Positions 63,584 through 64,000 of a DNA stretch of 64,000 nt are shown here, piece after piece. The stretch is from Anaeramoeba ignava BMAN (lineage: Eukaryota; Protista; Anaeramoebae). Position numbers and translations under genes: made by a program. The stretch is taken from the NCBI GenBank assembly GCA_028826165.1, contig JAPDFW010000088.1, positions 186,001 through 250,000 on the forward strand, read 5' to 3'. Within the stretch, counting starts at the first letter, position 1. Each line of letters opens with the position of its first letter. Below the pieces are notes generated by a model. It did not search any database. It was not told the origin of the DNA and was given only the letters and a program-made list of their open reading frames with translations.

Positions 63584-63713
63584 TTAAAAATACTTTTGTT
63601 TTTATAATTAAAGAAAAAGATAAAAAAAAAGGGAAAAATGAAAAATGAAAAATGAAAAAAACGGAAAAAATTTTAAATATTTTTTTTTCATTTTTTTTTC
63701 ATTTTTTTTTAAT

Positions 63714-63870
63714 ATGGAAAAAAAACAAGAAATAAGAAAAAAACAATTTAAACAAAAAATTAATTTTCAAAATCAACAAGAAAAAAGAACAAATTCACTT
63801 GAATCACTTCGTAAAGCAAAAAGAGATTTAATAATTTCAAAAAGAAGAAAAGTTTCAGAAATTAAAAATG
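63714..63870 (+). CDS. Importin-alpha, first exon (IBB domain); gene continues past the window
   Basis: RKKQFKQKINFQNQQEKRTNSLESLRKAKRDLIISKRR matches the IBB pattern (LRKxKR...KRR); a GT donor follows at 63871. Confidence 0.75.
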
Positions 63871-64000
63871 GTATTCAATCTAAATTAAAATTAAAATTAC
63901 AATTAAAAATTACAAAATTAAAAATTAAATATAAAATTTAACGAAAAAATAAAATTTAAAGAAAATTTTAATTGGAAAAATGCTCAAATTTCAAAAGAAT

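Overview
Extremely AT-rich, intron-rich eukaryotic nuclear DNA (standard code, GT-AG introns from about 60 nt to 1.9 kb, many filled with simple repeats). Two inteins in RNA polymerase III and tandem TCATTT initiator-like motifs before most start codons suggest an anaerobic metamonad such as Anaeramoeba; this is an inference. Order: MSH6 (5' part, minus); tRNA-Phe; a ~28 kb inverted duplication (about 4.9-16.9 kb versus 20.4-32.9 kb) holding four paralogs of an unannotated gene plus two more tRNA-Phe copies, around a small Mic19-like gene. All four paralogs have an MLKL-like four-helix bundle and an NCS/calcineurin-B-like EF-hand domain; the two long ones add a U-box-like motif, a pseudokinase and a PARP-like domain. 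Next come RPC2 with two inteins; an ankyrin gene that appears to use eight 3-nt single-codon micro-exons and to be fused to a hyccin/FAM126 domain; a CDC123/R2K ATP-grasp; an RRM-RING-CCCH gene; Zwint/Kre28/Sos7; CWF19L1; UMP1; a one-repeat-per-exon armadillo protein with variable helix-3 residues; a UBA-UBA USP25/28-like pseudo-deubiquitinase; and the start of importin-alpha. Most low-complexity ORFs in the supplied track are microsatellite noise. Scattered homopolymer frameshifts look like consensus errors. Gene models and domain calls were made by eye, with no searches run.
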